Shown piece after piece: positions 1 to 53,052 of a stretch of 64,000 nt of DNA. The notes beneath the pieces are model-generated. The model was given only the letters and a program-made list of their open reading frames with translations. It did no database searches and was not told the origin of the DNA. The position numbers and the translations under genes were made by a program. Position 1 is the stretch's first letter, and each line of letters begins with the position of its first letter. The DNA is from Podarcis vaucheri (taxonomy: Eukaryota), in the NCBI GenBank assembly GCA_965113315.1, contig OZ220374.1. One strand, 5' to 3'.

Positions 1-2139
1 AATGCAATCATACATCAATAGCAGCAAATGGGTTTTACAAAAATTCTGGCAAGCATTTGTGTGTGTCAGCAAGTATCTCTCACTGCAGGGAGAAAAAGTG
101 CTGGGGATTTGTGCGTTGCTGCAGGTCTTAATAAGACAGACTTTCAGTTGATCTTGGGAAATACATGTATGAACCAACCCTTGGAGAGGTTCAGTTGATC
201 TTTTGTTTGCGCATGCACGCGTACGTACATCCTGGAAGTCTACACCGGCATAAATCCTCTTCTGTCAGAAATTGTGTGCTTGCCATCCAGTGAACTCACA
301 GCCAATGTGAATTTTTCACTAAGGGCTCCCTGGCTCCTGTTTATTTTCTTCACCACTAAGCTCTTTTGCAGCTGCCACTGTTTTGGAAATGGCTGCAGGC
401 AGCGTGTAACCCATTTCACACAGACGCAATTCTATACACAAGGGGGCTCGTGTATTCCTGCTTTTAAAAAAGGGACTAGTCTGAAAGCCAACTTGAGAGC
501 AAAAAATATTATGCTTAAGTATGCAGGAATTGATGAGGTAGGTGGGACTGGAACTAGCAGTCCTTCCACAGGATCTTAATGACAGATCATGGCTACCAGT
601 TCTGTGAATCAAAGATGTTTTGAGGACAGTGCAACATTATCAAAACAGATTTTATTCTCTGCAGTGGAATCAGGTTGGCAAGAATGTATTTTAAGTCCTG
701 GCCAACCTGAGATCAGGGAGCCTGTGCATTGATGGTTGTTTCAGCTTCTACAGTGCCACAAAGAAATCTGGTATTCCACCAGTGTCAGGTGCCCTGCCTC
801 AACAGCTGTTCTTCACAGTTCAAGATTTGTCCTGTTTCTTGATGTATGCTTTTAAAGATACATTGATCTCCAGCAAAATAAAGCACATTGGAGCTGTTTT
901 GGTGCCCAACTGGCGGCTTTGTTCTACAATCAGCTGATACCCATGTACACTTACAATTGTTAAGTAGGTGGTTTAGATGATGTTAGCCAGTGCCTGCATC
1001 TCCATCCCTTCTAGTGATGAAGACTGGGGCTAGAGAAGCTCACTCCAGCCGATACCGCCATTTTGGTAGGCACCAGTTCATTACTGCCTGAGCTGTCTGG
1101 TGACACAAAAGAGCCAACATTCCTGGTTCACAATCTCCAGCTAGAAAGGGAGTATATCCGCCTTTGAAATAGTCTTATCTGAAACCTTGACCAGTTCACT
1201 ATTCCTTCATATGAAACAAGCATGTCTAACAATAGATCAAGTGTGATGATCTCCAACTGCAAGGCTTTTTAGATTTTCTTATTTGGTGATCATCCCCTTC
1301 CCTTATGCAGACAAGAATATCCCGAACTAAGCAGCATCTAGCTCAATTCTGAGCATAGGAACTGAGCTGAAAATAGGGAGCAATTTGCCATATTTGTTAT
1401 GGAACCACGTCTTGAGACCAATCAGTGCTGCCTGAATATTCTGTACTCCCTGTTCCACAGTGTATTAGTGAGTCAAGATGTCATCTAGGTAATGCTACAG
1501 AAACATTCATTGCAACCTCTCAAGTGCCACCATGGTTACTAAACCTTAGTGTACACCCTAGTCCTGATGCAAGTTCTATCAAGAACACTTCGTACTAATG
1601 ATTACGAGAGCTGTACCCACATCTCAAGTCAACTGGGCACATGGAGATACGTAGAAATGCTTCTGCACAGAAAGTTGGATGCCAGGAAACCCTGCAGAGA
1701 GCCAGTCTCCTGGTCTGCACAAGAAGGTTAATGTGAAGAACTGAAAATGGCCTCTGAAAGATAACAGGCTATGTATCATTACTCTGCAAAATAAAATTCT
1801 GGAGGAGAGCTTAGGCAGTTGCTTTCTCTTTGCAGTCTCTTCTGGAGGCGTAAACACACAGCCAAGGAAAATGCAACACAGAAGCATAATTGGAGTTTAA
1901 TGTAGGTGGGGTGAGTATTCTTCCCCTTTCTCTTCAAACAAAAGCATTTCCTCTGGCATGGAAATATATTTCCTGAATTACTTTTTCTATTGATATTCTA
2001 TTGATATTCTTCCTTCGTGAGTTGTTGATGCTTAAAAAATAAAAAGAATCAAATTTAGAATTCCAGTATTATGTTGGCCACTGGAAATGTGTTCAAAAGC
2101 ATTATTATAGAGGTCATGTTTCCTCCTGTATACTAGAAT

Positions 2140-2405
2140 TCAGGGTCATTCAGTGAAGCTGAATGTTGGAAGATTCAGGAAAGACAAGAGAACATACTTC
2201 TTCACAAAGGACCTAGTTAACTGGTTTGCTCCCACACGATGTACTGATGACCGCCAAGATGAATAGCTTTTTTAAAAAAAGGATTAGACTCATTCATGGC
2301 AGCTAAGGCTAAGTTGTAATTCCACTGTGAGTCAATTTCTGGGAGCTACAGGTGAGGAGAGGGCACTTGCACTCAGGCTGGTTGGCACCATGAGAACAAG
2401 ATGGG
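2140..2405 (+). mobile_element. CR1 LINE 3' fragment
   Basis: gggtcattcagtgaagctgaatgttggaagattcagg...ggattagactcattcatgg follows the CR1 ORF2 end and 3'UTR pattern. Confidence 0.7.
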
Positions 2406-3869
2406 CGATACCCAACTAAGACATACTCCAAATCAGATACATGGAATCCATGTATACATTTAAGATAATCTTGGTTAACTCAAGTCCATATATTTCAATG
2501 GGACTGATCAGAGTATGACTTAGGTCACATCCACACCATTTAAAGCACCATTATACCACTTTAAACAGTCATAACTTCCAGAGAATAATGGGAATTGAAG
2601 GATGCCAATCGGCTGGAGCTGATGGAAAAGACACAGCTGGTTTACACAAAGACAAAAACAGATTATAGCTTACCTTGTCTGAGGTTTGCTTGGCTCCATC
2701 CCTTGCCATCTTCTGTGGTTTGGTGAAGATTGTTTCTGGTGCCTTGCTAGGCAGATGTTTTCTGTGATAAAACTTTTACCACAGCTCATTTCTTTGACAT
2801 TGTGACAAAGTCCGTTCTTTACTTAGAGTGTTACTTTAATTGCTGTAAGCTGCCATGAGGTATGCATAGGTGTTAAATTCTCAAATAAAGAGATTGCTCT
2901 CTTGGGTGAGCCAAGCTTAACTGCTTAACTGAGCTGCTCAGTTTCCAGGCCAATTTTTTTTGGAGGGGGGGTGATTTTGATGGGACACTGGGACAGATGA
3001 TGGGATAAGTGGCCATAGTGTGCTGCAAGCTTTTCGTTCTGCCCTCTCACCATTGTCTCCCTGCAACGATTTCCCCTCTTCTATCACTTTCAAGAGCCAG
3101 TTCAGGGTGAAGTTTCAAATCACTTGATTTATTATTTATGCTCTGTTCAGAGCGGCTCAACATGGGCATGCACTAAACAAAGGGGCATATTTTTAAAAGC
3201 ACACAGCTTAAAACAACCATTTAAAAAATGAGAGCAGTCACCCAAAAGGCAATGAAGGGCAACACTAAAAATGAGGGGTTTGTTTTTTTAAAAAAAATAA
3301 ATTATGGTGAAAGGAGTTCTAAAGGCAAGGTTGACAGGGTGTTTCTTCCAGTACAGTATTCTAAAGGCATGAGACCACCACTAAGAAATCTTATGCTCTC
3401 ACGATCACTATTTAACAGGTGAAGAGGACGGTAGAGAGCATCTCCAAAGTTTATCTTAAAACTTGGACTGGCCACTGGAACAATTCTTAATGATGTCCGA
3501 TTCCAGTGCTTCATAACCCTTTTTGTCTGTTTCTCTATGGACCACTTGAAAATTGCCAAGAGTCTTGCCAAAACACCAAATTGGTTTTTCCGTTGGTTGT
3601 GCTAGATGCTGTATGATTTTATTTTTACAGACACAGCACAGGCCACCTGAATAAAGCTTTGGAAACACCACCCTAGACTATTTAAAGCAGGGGAGGGGGA
3701 ACCTCAGGTCTGGGGTTGAATGTGGGCCCCCAGCAGCCCTGTTTATCTGGTCCTCTAGACTCTCCCCAAGCCAAACCCCTCAGTATCCCTGCTCCACACC
3801 TGGAACGTTTCTTCTGGGATGGAATGTGTTCTTGAACTCCGATAATGCCTTTTGCTTGTCTGGATGGGG

Positions 3870-3870
<1 letters not shown>

Positions 3871-3904
<34 letters not shown>
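3871..3904. repeat. (AC)n microsatellite
   Basis: About 17 AC units. Confidence 0.95.
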
Positions 3905-3908
<4 letters not shown>

Positions 3909-3931
3909 GCCTAATGCACAAAGGTAACATT

Positions 3932-4106
3932 TCATAGAACCATAGTTGGAAGTGATCAGAGGAACATCTAGACCAACCCCCTGCAATGCAGGAATCTCAA
4001 CTAGACCAACACATGACAGATGGCCACCCAATCTGCTTAGAAACTTCCAATGAAGGAGTCCACCACCTTCCGAGGGAGCCTCTTCCACTGGCAAACAGCT
4101 CTTACC
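3932..4106 (-). mobile_element. CR1 LINE 3' end
   Basis: catagaac tail, tctagaccaacccc, ccaccaccttccgagggagcctcttccactg typical of a CR1 3' end in reverse. Confidence 0.7.
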
Positions 4107-5952
4107 TCCACCCACTTTCACCACTGGCTCCACCCACCACTGGCATGCAACCCTCATGGGCTGAAAAAAGTTCCCCATCCCCGATTTAGTTTCAAAAGGC
4201 GAAACCAGCACCTTAAACTACACAGAGACAGGCAGCCAACTCAGTTGAGAAAGACAGTTATACATGCTGATCAGAGCACACAAGTCAAGCCTAGCTGCTG
4301 TAATTTGGATTCCTTAGGAAGGAATTATCTCCCATGGGTGCACCGAGTGCTCTTGGGCTGCCTCCCAACTACCGCAAGGGAGGTCTCACATTGAAAGCTC
4401 ACAATTGTCCTTTCCTCCACGTTCAATCCTACCCTATCTTAAGGCCCCCTTTGGGGAAGGGATAGTAGGTTTCCGCCCTCTTCACTTTCCAGATCTGAAG
4501 GTGATGGTCCTTCCCTAATAATTTATTTTTTTCTCAGCTTCTCTAGGATCCTTAAGTTGGAGTGGGGAATTGTTTATGGCCAAAGCTCTGCCTGGCTAGG
4601 CAAGTCCAACTCCGCTACCAGAAGAGGACCTTTCCTATTAAAACAAGCGTGAAAGCTGAGAAGATTGGCTACATCTATAGCGTGATAATGCACCCTTCAC
4701 CTGCCTTATTTGCTACTGTTCACTCAGACATCATTGCTCTCAGGTGCATGCGGGGAAGATGGGAAGTCACACACCATTGTGTTAACTAGGTCGCAGGCCT
4801 TTCCCCACCCCTTCTTATTTATTGCAGTCACATTCACAAGTCCAACCCCACAGCTGCTGAGATGGAACAGGTAATGGAAAGCAAGCAAACTATAATGAGA
4901 TACAAGTTGCACCCAGAATTGCACCAAAGAGCAAAATACAATGCAGACGCAGCCATGGATTAATCAAAATGATTATATTGCCATTGCAGCATGTTACTGG
5001 AATATTTATAAATAGGCAAGTTAGAGAACTATCCACTTCAAACGCAAACTAAAATGCACTCATAGTAGGAACACAAGTACAAGAAAATGTTACTGATTTG
5101 TTTTCTCAAATTTATGGTGTTTGGGTCACTAAGTGAAGTGTTGTGTTCAAATGAGCCAATACTAAAAGCTTACTGGAAAACATGTCACAATGTTAAGCAG
5201 AGTTTTAAAGGGTGCTGAAGCACATGATGACACTTTCCCACGTATATAAAAGCTGTTGCACTGGGGGAAATGTGCTTTGCTGAAAAATGATAACCAAACT
5301 AGGTTATGTTCTTTGGCTTCTCCTAAACAGTAGAGGTTTTTGGAATCTTTAATACGTTAGAAGACATTTGGAATAGTCCATTTTGATATGCTATTCCAGT
5401 CCCGAGACTGAAGAGAACAAGTTGCGAAAAAACAGTGAGCCAGTTCCGTGCTATTTGTTAAAGTCATGAGAAACGAAATCTACATCATCATAACAAGATG
5501 AATGGCCTATGAAGAAGGGAATGTTTTCTAAATTATTTAGTCAGGTTGGCACTAACCTTATTCCACTATGTACAGTGGAATGCAGTTTTTGCACCATGTT
5601 ACAGTGGAAATAAATGATTAAGCGTGCAACACAGCAATAGTTCAGCTACAAAAAGCTACCATTTCGATTCAATGATTGATTAATATTGCACTTTACAACC
5701 ACCTTTTCTGCAGATATATGCAAGCAGAGAATCCCACCTCTCAACTAGTTTCTCTTTTTCCTGCTGCAGTTTCCTTATGGAAAGGAGAGTTTTAACACAA
5801 GGCAGCACTTTTTGTGATCCCTCAACCCTCGGTTCTGGAAAAGTTCAAGACTACAGCTGGTGCTTTTTCTGAATGTTCAGCTTCTAGACAGCTTTCAAAA
5901 GACAGACAACACACTACATTTTACAGGTTGTAGGGTGTTTTTTTCTAATAAT

Positions 5953-5958
5953 TTTATT
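5953..5958 (-). terminator. Candidate polyadenylation signal AATAAA of GLCCI1
   Basis: Plus-strand TTTATT; TG-rich sequence (complement of gacagacaacacact) lies downstream on the mRNA strand. Confidence 0.5.
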
Positions 5959-7246
5959 TAAATAAGACACAGGGACGTCTATACTGAAAAAATACAAAAC
6001 AAAAGCCACACATTTCCTTGTGTAAAGCAATATTGTGTGGTAATTCAAATACTGTTCAGCACAGTGGCTAGAAATAACAGTACAACTATGTACAAAACTC
6101 TTGAAACAATATTTGACAAATTTCTACAACTGAATGTAGGATATATTGGAGATCAACAACTGCTGGGAAATTTACATAGCAAAGCATTAGGTTTTAAACA
6201 CATTTGATTCAGAACCTTCCAATATGCCAAGGGCAAATGTGTGTGACAATTAATATTTAGTTTCTTGTGAGAAAACAGAACAAGTAATATCACTGTAAAT
6301 ATTGTTCACCAGAGTTCATTCTTGATCTAAAAAGTCACCTGATAGTTTCTCATAAAACCCTATAACATCAAGAACCGTGACAATGTAGTTATATTTGGAA
6401 AAAAGAGAGAGGGTGAGAAGGTAGATGTACTGTCATATTCAACTTTAATGTAAAACTTCAAAGAACACACATTTAGGTCACAAGAAACTGGATGCTTTTT
6501 CCCTTACCCTTTATTAACATACAAACTATATAGTGCTTCCACCAAGGCCTGAGATTAGCAAGATTAAAGATGCCTGTTGCTGTATTAAAAAAAAATACTG
6601 TGAAAACAAAAGACAAACAGATCTTTTAACCTTTCCACTCTCCGCCTGCTCCTACAGTCAGTCACACAGCAACTGAAAAAGAGGCTGTCAGTCCAACTTC
6701 CTAACAGGTTATTACCAAACTCTTTGGTGATGATAGGAAGGAAACTGGGCTTCATCTTGCAACAACATACATGTGCTGTATATTTCATTGCTTTTCTTAG
6801 GTACTTTTCACTGAGGCCTTTATTATTATTCCCCAAATTTCTTCCACAAAAGAAGCAGCGGAGAGAGTATAAATGCTGCAGCAGCTGCAGTCTTAATCTT
6901 TTCAGTTCCTGAAGAGGGGCAAAGTAGGCTTTCTTAGGAACAGGCTTGCATAAAGGTACTTCCACTGAACTGAAAGCACAGAGCTAAGAATATTGAGTGG
7001 GTCTCTTGCCTTTGGGGTCCCTCTTTGTATTGCAGGTTCATTCTCTCTGAAAGCAGCACTCGCACAGTTCCGGGGCTACTGTAATGTAACACTACTGGAG
7101 GCTTCTAAGCTATGAAGCATCTGGAAAGACAAGCGACTGCACTGCCTGCCCACCTTCAAACTGCAATAAATTTACCTGCCAATGGGCCTAAACCAAAGGG
7201 TACTAAGAAAGGCTTCGATTAGATACATGACTTAAAAACTATTGCT

Positions 7247-7247
<1 letters not shown>

Positions 7248-7298
<51 letters not shown>

Positions 7299-7299
7299 T
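7248..7299. repeat. (CTTT)n microsatellite within the GLCCI1 3'UTR
   Basis: About 13 CTTT units followed by T-runs. Confidence 0.95.
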
Positions 7300-8603
7300 T
7301 TTTGTTTTTGTTTTTTTTCTACAAAACCTCATAGCCGCTTTAAGAGATTTTTTTTTTTAAGTTCAGATGCAAAATACCCACTGTACAAATAAAACAAAGT
7401 TCACCGATCATTGCTTGTCAAAAACCCGAGATAATTTTTTTTTTTTTTTTGCAACCAGCATGTTGAATGGAACATTTCCTCCAAAAGAGAAACTAAACAT
7501 TAATTAAGACTCCTAAAATGGTAACAGTAGCATTTCACGTCCTTATAACTTGCCAATGCAAACGCGTGAGGAAATTCCCACCCACCCCCTCTGAAACCTG
7601 CGGGGAGGGGGGGAATGAATTTGCTGAAATTAAACGAAAACATTCTTGCCTTAGAGCCTCTCTCTCACACACACGTCATGGAATGTTTCTTATGTGCAGT
7701 CTAAAACTGAACACTTTATTCACAACAGCTTAACAGTCATTAACTGTGCAAACACCTGAAACTTTAAAATGCCACAATTTACACGCTGAAACGATGGCAA
7801 ATGCAACAGTTTTTTGTTTTACTTGTAACCACATGACAATGTGATGCAGCACACCACAGATTTGCTGGTTCTCCTCATGTTCACCCACGTCCAGGGTTCA
7901 TATCCCCCTAGATCTGAATGCACTTTTTCCAAGAAAGTGGAATGTAATGAGGAAATATTAATGCATAAAATAAGGAAAGGCAGAAGAGTGATGATCCCTC
8001 TTTAGCTTTTTAGCTGTAAAATATTTTATATCCCAATATGATATACATTCCAAGTTACCTGAGTTTAGACTTCGAGAGAAGTACCTGAAGCTAGGCCATA
8101 TAGGGTGGGGACACTGTGCAACTGTTGTGGCCATATTTTTTTTTTTTTTTTTTTTTTGCATTGTATGTATTACAGAAGTTCAAAACATAAATACCTGGAT
8201 AAATTGTAAACATAATCCTGAAGTACAGTATTTTCCATAGAATACAACACAGCAAGACATTTTCTATTTAGACAGGCAACCTTTGTTTGATATAGAGCTT
8301 ATTTATACTGTAGAATTTGAAACAGAACACAGGACAAAGTACTAATCTGGTCAAACATTCTATGAAATGCATAGTCTCCACTTAAAATGCTTAATGATAC
8401 ACAGATTCTGCAAGCATTCTGCGCCCCCCCCCCGCAAACTCACACACAAACACAAAAATGCTGAATGCATTTTTGTCCCTGCCAAGAACAGTGCTGAAAT
8501 GCAGAAAGATGCTGATAAGTAGCTTTGTTTTGTTCCAGAAAAGTGCCACTCATGCAGTTGAGTTTTAGACCGTCCCTCTGCCTTTGCTCATCTAGATTAT
8601 CAT

Positions 8604-48030
<39,427 letters not shown>

Positions 48031-48715
48031 GGGAAAGTGGAAGTTATCCTTTTGGGATGGGTGGCCCTCTGTCCAAAGACCAAGCTGATATTACAGGGAA
48101 CACGTGACAATGGATTGCTCTGATACCTGTTTGGGCTTTGCTTTCTCTCTCTTTGATTTGCATCCGCTTTTATTCGGAACTGGCAGATTGCAAGCAGATA
48201 CCAGTGCCAATCCCAGGCAGCGTGATCTTTAGGAAAATGTGTATATAACTTTTCAAAGAGTACAGGAGGTGCCTGAGTCAGAACACAATTTCTCTTAATT
48301 TGTATCAACCCATCAGTGATGCTTAAAATGGGAGCAGTCCAGATGTTTAGTACTCTATCCAACACTCTTGAGTCGACCCATTGAAATTAATGGACGTGAC
48401 TCATTTAGCCTTGTTAATTTCAGTCTGTCTCCTCCCAAGTAGAAATTAGCAGGATCCAACGTTTAAACTAGAAAACTGTGCAGCATAATAGCCAGAGAAT
48501 TAAAAGGACTGATCTTTCTTGTAGAGTATATCCCAGTTTGCCTAACTTAGCTGCACAGAAGCCCACCACCCAACTCACCCAGACTCTCACTATAGGATAT
48601 TTATTAAAGATTAGATCTTCATGCTAAACATAGTTGCAAAAACGTTTTTAAAAAGTTTTGTCTAAAAAGGTACAGCCAGGTGTTTTTTTTAAAAAAAGTT
48701 TAATATATCTATATG

Positions 48716-48861
48716 CAGTGCTTTTTTCTAAAAAAATATGTTTAGGGGTACTCTTGTTTTCCTACTCATATTGAAATACTGCCCCTCAATGAGGCCAAAC
48801 TTAGATTCACAAAGTGTTTAGGGGTATGCATAGCCCTGCGTACCCCCAAAATAAAGCACTG
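48716..48861. mobile_element. hAT-type MITE
   Basis: TIR CAGTGCTTT...AAAGCACTG, internal repeat tgtttaggggta, imperfect 8-bp TSD TCTATATG/CCTATTTG. Confidence 0.65.
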
Positions 48862-48889
48862 CCTATTTGTAAAAACTTTGTATGGCAGC

Positions 48890-49085
48890 ATGTAGGAAGC
48901 TGCCCTATATTAAGTAAGGCCATTGGTCCATCTAGCTCAGCAGTGACAACATGGACTGGCCATGGTTTTCTGCAGTTTCAGAGAGGAGTCTTTCTGAGCC
49001 CTATCTGGAGAAGCTGGAGACAGAACCTGAGACCTTTTGCATGCAAGGCATCTGCCCTGTCACTGGGCTGCAGTCCTTTCCCATC
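48890..49085 (-). mobile_element. tRNA-derived squamate SINE (Squam3-like, CR1-related tail)
   Basis: Reverse complement of ...ttgcatgcaaaaggtctcaggttc...ggcagcttcctac; a plus-strand relative lies at 51925-52082. Confidence 0.6.
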
Positions 49086-51924
49086 ATCAGACAGCTGCCA
49101 GAGCTCTGACATTACACAGATGCCTGTCCCACGGTCCCCTTAAATTCACCCCCCAACACAAAAAGCACTCTGATCAGCATCAGGCATGCCTTTTAATTTC
49201 CCATGATGCCCTACAGCAGCACTATGCTGGGTACATTGTGAAAGATTTATATTGCTCTCCTAGTCCCCTAGCATGACCAGAGCACTGCTGCTGCAAGGTA
49301 AGCCCACAAAGGCTCACTCACCTTAGGGTGGGATCTACTGATGTAGGAGGGTCCCACCTAAAGGCCCTTTGTTGAGAGTTTTTATATGGAGGCCCATTCA
49401 ATCATGCAATTCCCTCATGTTGCAGCTACAGATTTATATTTATTCTTCTTCTTTTTACCCATTTAAGAAAGATCTTAACCACTTCATCTGCTCATCTGGC
49501 CAATAAGGAGCTAGCTGTCAGTCCACCCTTTTTGCTGTGCCTGAGCCCTATAAGTTAGAAAAAGGCACAGAAGAAAGAATTGACTGATTCTATCCCATGT
49601 AAAACGAGGCATGCTCAAGGGCTTATGAAACAAGAGCAGATGGATTCTCAGGCAGGGGAGCTTTCTGTCTAAATTTTAGATGCTTAAGTGCCTTACCTTA
49701 TAGCTGAGTTTCTGGACTTCTTCTAATCATACTGGGCTCTTCCCCAGCCCAAGCCCCACCAAATCGCATTAGCTAAGAAAAGGACTAACTTCCCGCACCA
49801 ACTTCTTACTGGTCAGCAGCTGGTTATATTGCCCCAGCTATATTGCTTTTCACAACTACTAATGGTGGAGATGTCTTGGCAGGACCCCTGGAGAACAAGT
49901 TGTGTATTGGTAGAAAACCTGAAGGTGACATAGGCACAGGGCACACTGTGACATAGGGACAAATTGCGTAATGGTTGCAAGAGCTTTCATAGCCTTCTTT
50001 ATCAGATGCTAGGGTACCATGGCATTCTTTGTCTAAAGGTTGTCCATTATTCTAGAAAACCACAGTCTCATGAAATGAATGGATGTTCCCTTATCTTCAC
50101 AGTTCACACCTCCATAGAACATTGTAGTATTTCTTATTTCGAACACAACAAAACGTCTTTCATTTGTATTTTTTCTGGCAACCCTGTTTCTACCTGCTGC
50201 TTTACCTCTGTGGAAATGGTTCTTCTCTTTATCCTAACTCTTAACTTTTAAATGTTTAGCTATAAGCCGGAAGACAGTAGAATAAATCATGCTGAACTGC
50301 AAAATTTAGGAACTCTGAATCAACATTTAAGGGTAGCAGAATGAGATTTCATAACTGAGACATGAACAGTTTGGAAAGAAACCAAGATTTTGTTGCAGAC
50401 TTAACAGTGCAATCCACTGCATGTTTATTCAGAAGTAGGCCCACTGTGTTCAATGGGATTTACTCCTGGGTTAAGTGTGCACAGCAATCTTCCCTTTCGT
50501 GGAACCAACTGGTAAAATGCATGGTTTTAACCCCCCCTCCACACACACTTAACACTCCAGTCTTGTTTCCATACTTCCATTTGGGTTGCTAATTTTGTTC
50601 AGAAGCCAGATTACCTCTGAGAACTAATCAAATGTGAATAGTGGAATTGATTTGATAGTGCAGGTAAAAGGGCTGTTGTCAAAAATATACAAAACATTAT
50701 TAAAATTGAAGGATCTTGCAAAAATATCACGAAAATGCAGCAGATTAAACTGGTATGATATGTATCCTGCATATATGGCTGTACACCAGAAATTTAGAAG
50801 CCTTATCCTACAAAGATGCCATTGGCATCAGTATGTTTAAGCACACCAAAAAGCACTGCATTCTTGGTGGTAATAACAATACTGTAGCATATATAGCTCA
50901 ATCTAAAAAGTCATATCTTAGCTGAGATCCTTTGATGGGGGAGGAACCCATTGATCTGAAACACTGTTAAATACAGGCAGGAAGTTTACTTGTTGGCAAC
51001 TGCAAGCAAGTGTGTGAGGAGAGGAAAATAGAAAGTTCATTTAACATTTAATTAGTATTTTTATTTCATTGGAGTGGAGTAAGAAAATCCTACATGATCC
51101 CCATTTCTGATCGTTCCGCCTTTATATGGAGCCAAAAATCCAAGGCTTTCACAGCATAGCTTGCAAACCACTTTAGGAATATTCAAAATTGCTAAAAATT
51201 CAAAATGACAGGTGGTAGAGAAGCGGAAGTGATAATGACTGTTGACTGTGTGTTGCATACATTCCTCTTTACAGATTTAGTATAATCACTAATTAGCTAT
51301 AATAGTTTATAATTGCATCAACAGAATGTAATGGATCTCTGTTATATAATTAATCCTACCCTTAAGGTAAGTTGTTTATATGATGCGTGCTGTTTTTCCA
51401 CAAATGTTTCTCCTTCACTGACTTGTGTTCTTGTTCAGTATCTGGCCACCCAGTGCAACGGGCAAGGATATAAAGAGAGTGAGTGATATATCTGATCTCT
51501 TGTTGCATAACGTGAGTTGTGTTTGCAAAGGTTATGTCCCCATATCATATCCAACAACAACAAGAAGACCAATATGTAAAAAATGAGTATTGTTTCATAG
51601 ATAAAGTACTAGGCTTAGACATAGAAGACCAGTGTCTTTTAATTCAAGGCCCACTGAGCAGCCTTGTCTACAGAATTGTCTTTCAGGTATATCATCTGTA
51701 AAAAAAGAAAAGAAAAAAAGGAATAATTACTTATTTTACAAAATTGTTGCAAGGCTGATGATTCCAAGGCATTTACTGCCCTTGAATTAGTGTTAAAACT
51801 TTTTTTTGTTCTGTTTAAATAAGCTTTTAAAAGCTTGACTTTACCAACTAGTCTTCATTGTTCTGCTTTTGATATTTTATTGCTGCTTTAAAAAACCCAA
51901 AAACCTGTCTCTGCCTCCTGATCT

Positions 51925-52082
51925 GCCATTGTACTTTGCATGCAGAACGTCCCAGGTTCAATCCCTAGCATTTTCAAGCAGGGCTAGAAGAGAACTCTGC
52001 CTGAAATACTGGCGATCCACTGCCAGTCATTCCTGAATACAATGGTCTCACTCATTATAAGGCAGCTTCCTATGCTCCTATA
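51925..52082 (+). mobile_element. tRNA-derived squamate SINE (Squam3-like)
   Basis: ctttgcatgcagaacgtcccaggttcaatccc B-box; tail aaggcagcttcctatgctcctat. Confidence 0.6.
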
Positions 52083-52187
52083 GTTTTGCGATTTCTAGTT
52101 TTACTGTGTGTTATGTTGTTTGCAGGGAGTTGCCTGGAACTTGTATGAGGAAAGCCAGTGTATCACTATTATGAATAAAATAAAATA

Positions 52188-52413
52188 CAGTGGTACCTCG
52201 GGTTACATACGCTTCAGGTTACAGACTCCGCTAATCCAGAAATATTACCTTGGGTTAAGAACTTTGCTTCAGGATGAGAACAGAAATCGTGGTCCGGTGG
52301 CACTGCAGCAGCAGGAGGCCCCATTAGCTAAAGTGGTGCTTCAGGTTAAGAACAGTTTCAGGTTAAGAATGGACCTCCAGAACGAATCAAGTACTTAACC
52401 CGAGGTACCACTG
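52188..52413. mobile_element. Tc1/mariner (Tigger/pogo-like) MITE
   Basis: Perfect 18-bp TIR CAGTGGTACCTCGGGTTA; TA TSD. Confidence 0.9.
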
Positions 52414-52752
52414 TAATTAAATAATAACTAGTGAAGACCCATGACACACTGCAGAAGGAACGAAGATAAGGCAGGAAGAGGAACCTAACAGCGAAAGAAA
52501 ACACACTAGCTGATGACACTGTTGTCCAAGCGGAAAGTCACTATGGGCACCAGCATGTATATGACAGGTCAATCAAGAGGTGCCTAACTAACACTATTGA
52601 GTAAGAATGATCCATGTGGCATCTTCATCTATCAATAACATTTTGCAGGTAGTGATGGGGTTGGCTTCAGTATGTTAAAATTTGGATTTCAGTATGTGAC
52701 ACAGGCTGCAATCCTTACACGGGAGCAAACTCTATTGAACACAGCGGGGTGT

Positions 52753-53052
52753 GTTGTTTAGTCGTTTAGTTGTGTCCGACTCTTCGTGACCCCATGGACC
52801 AGAGCACGCCAAGCTCTCCTGTCTTCCACTGCCTCCCGCAGTTTGGTCAGACTCATGTTTATAGCTTCGAGAACACTGTCCAACCATCTCGTCCTCTGTC
52901 GTCCCCTTCTCCTTGTGCCCTCCATCTTTCCCAGCATCAGGGTCTTTTCCAGGGAGTCTTCTCTTCTCATGAGGTGGCCAAAGTATTGGAGCCTCAGCTT
53001 CACGATCTGTCCTTCCAGCGAGCACTCAGGGCTGATTTCCTTCAGAATGGAT
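52753..53052 (-). mobile_element. Bov-B (RTE clade) LINE 3' fragment, 5'-truncated
   Basis: Translation SILKEISPECSLEGQIVKLRLQYFGHLMRREDSLEKTLMLGKMEGTRRRGRQRTRWLD...WRALVHGVTKSRTQLND is the Bov-B ORF C-terminus; (CAA)-type tail; 12-bp TSD ACAGCGGGGTGT at 52741-52752 and 53053-53064. Confidence 0.93.

Larger units (their letters stand above)
5930..8603 (-). other. GLCCI1: GLCCI1 3'UTR (approx. 2.65 kb; distal end approximate)
   Basis: AT-rich sequence without recognisable interspersed repeats after the stop; AATAAA on the minus strand at 5953-5958. Other AATAAA hexamers lie near 6510, 6820 and 7715. Confidence 0.6.

Noticed and set aside
1-5500. 3' exons of the expected neighbour ICA1
   Set aside because: I could not find its C-terminal motif (WFSLFADLDPL) here; it probably lies outside the window.
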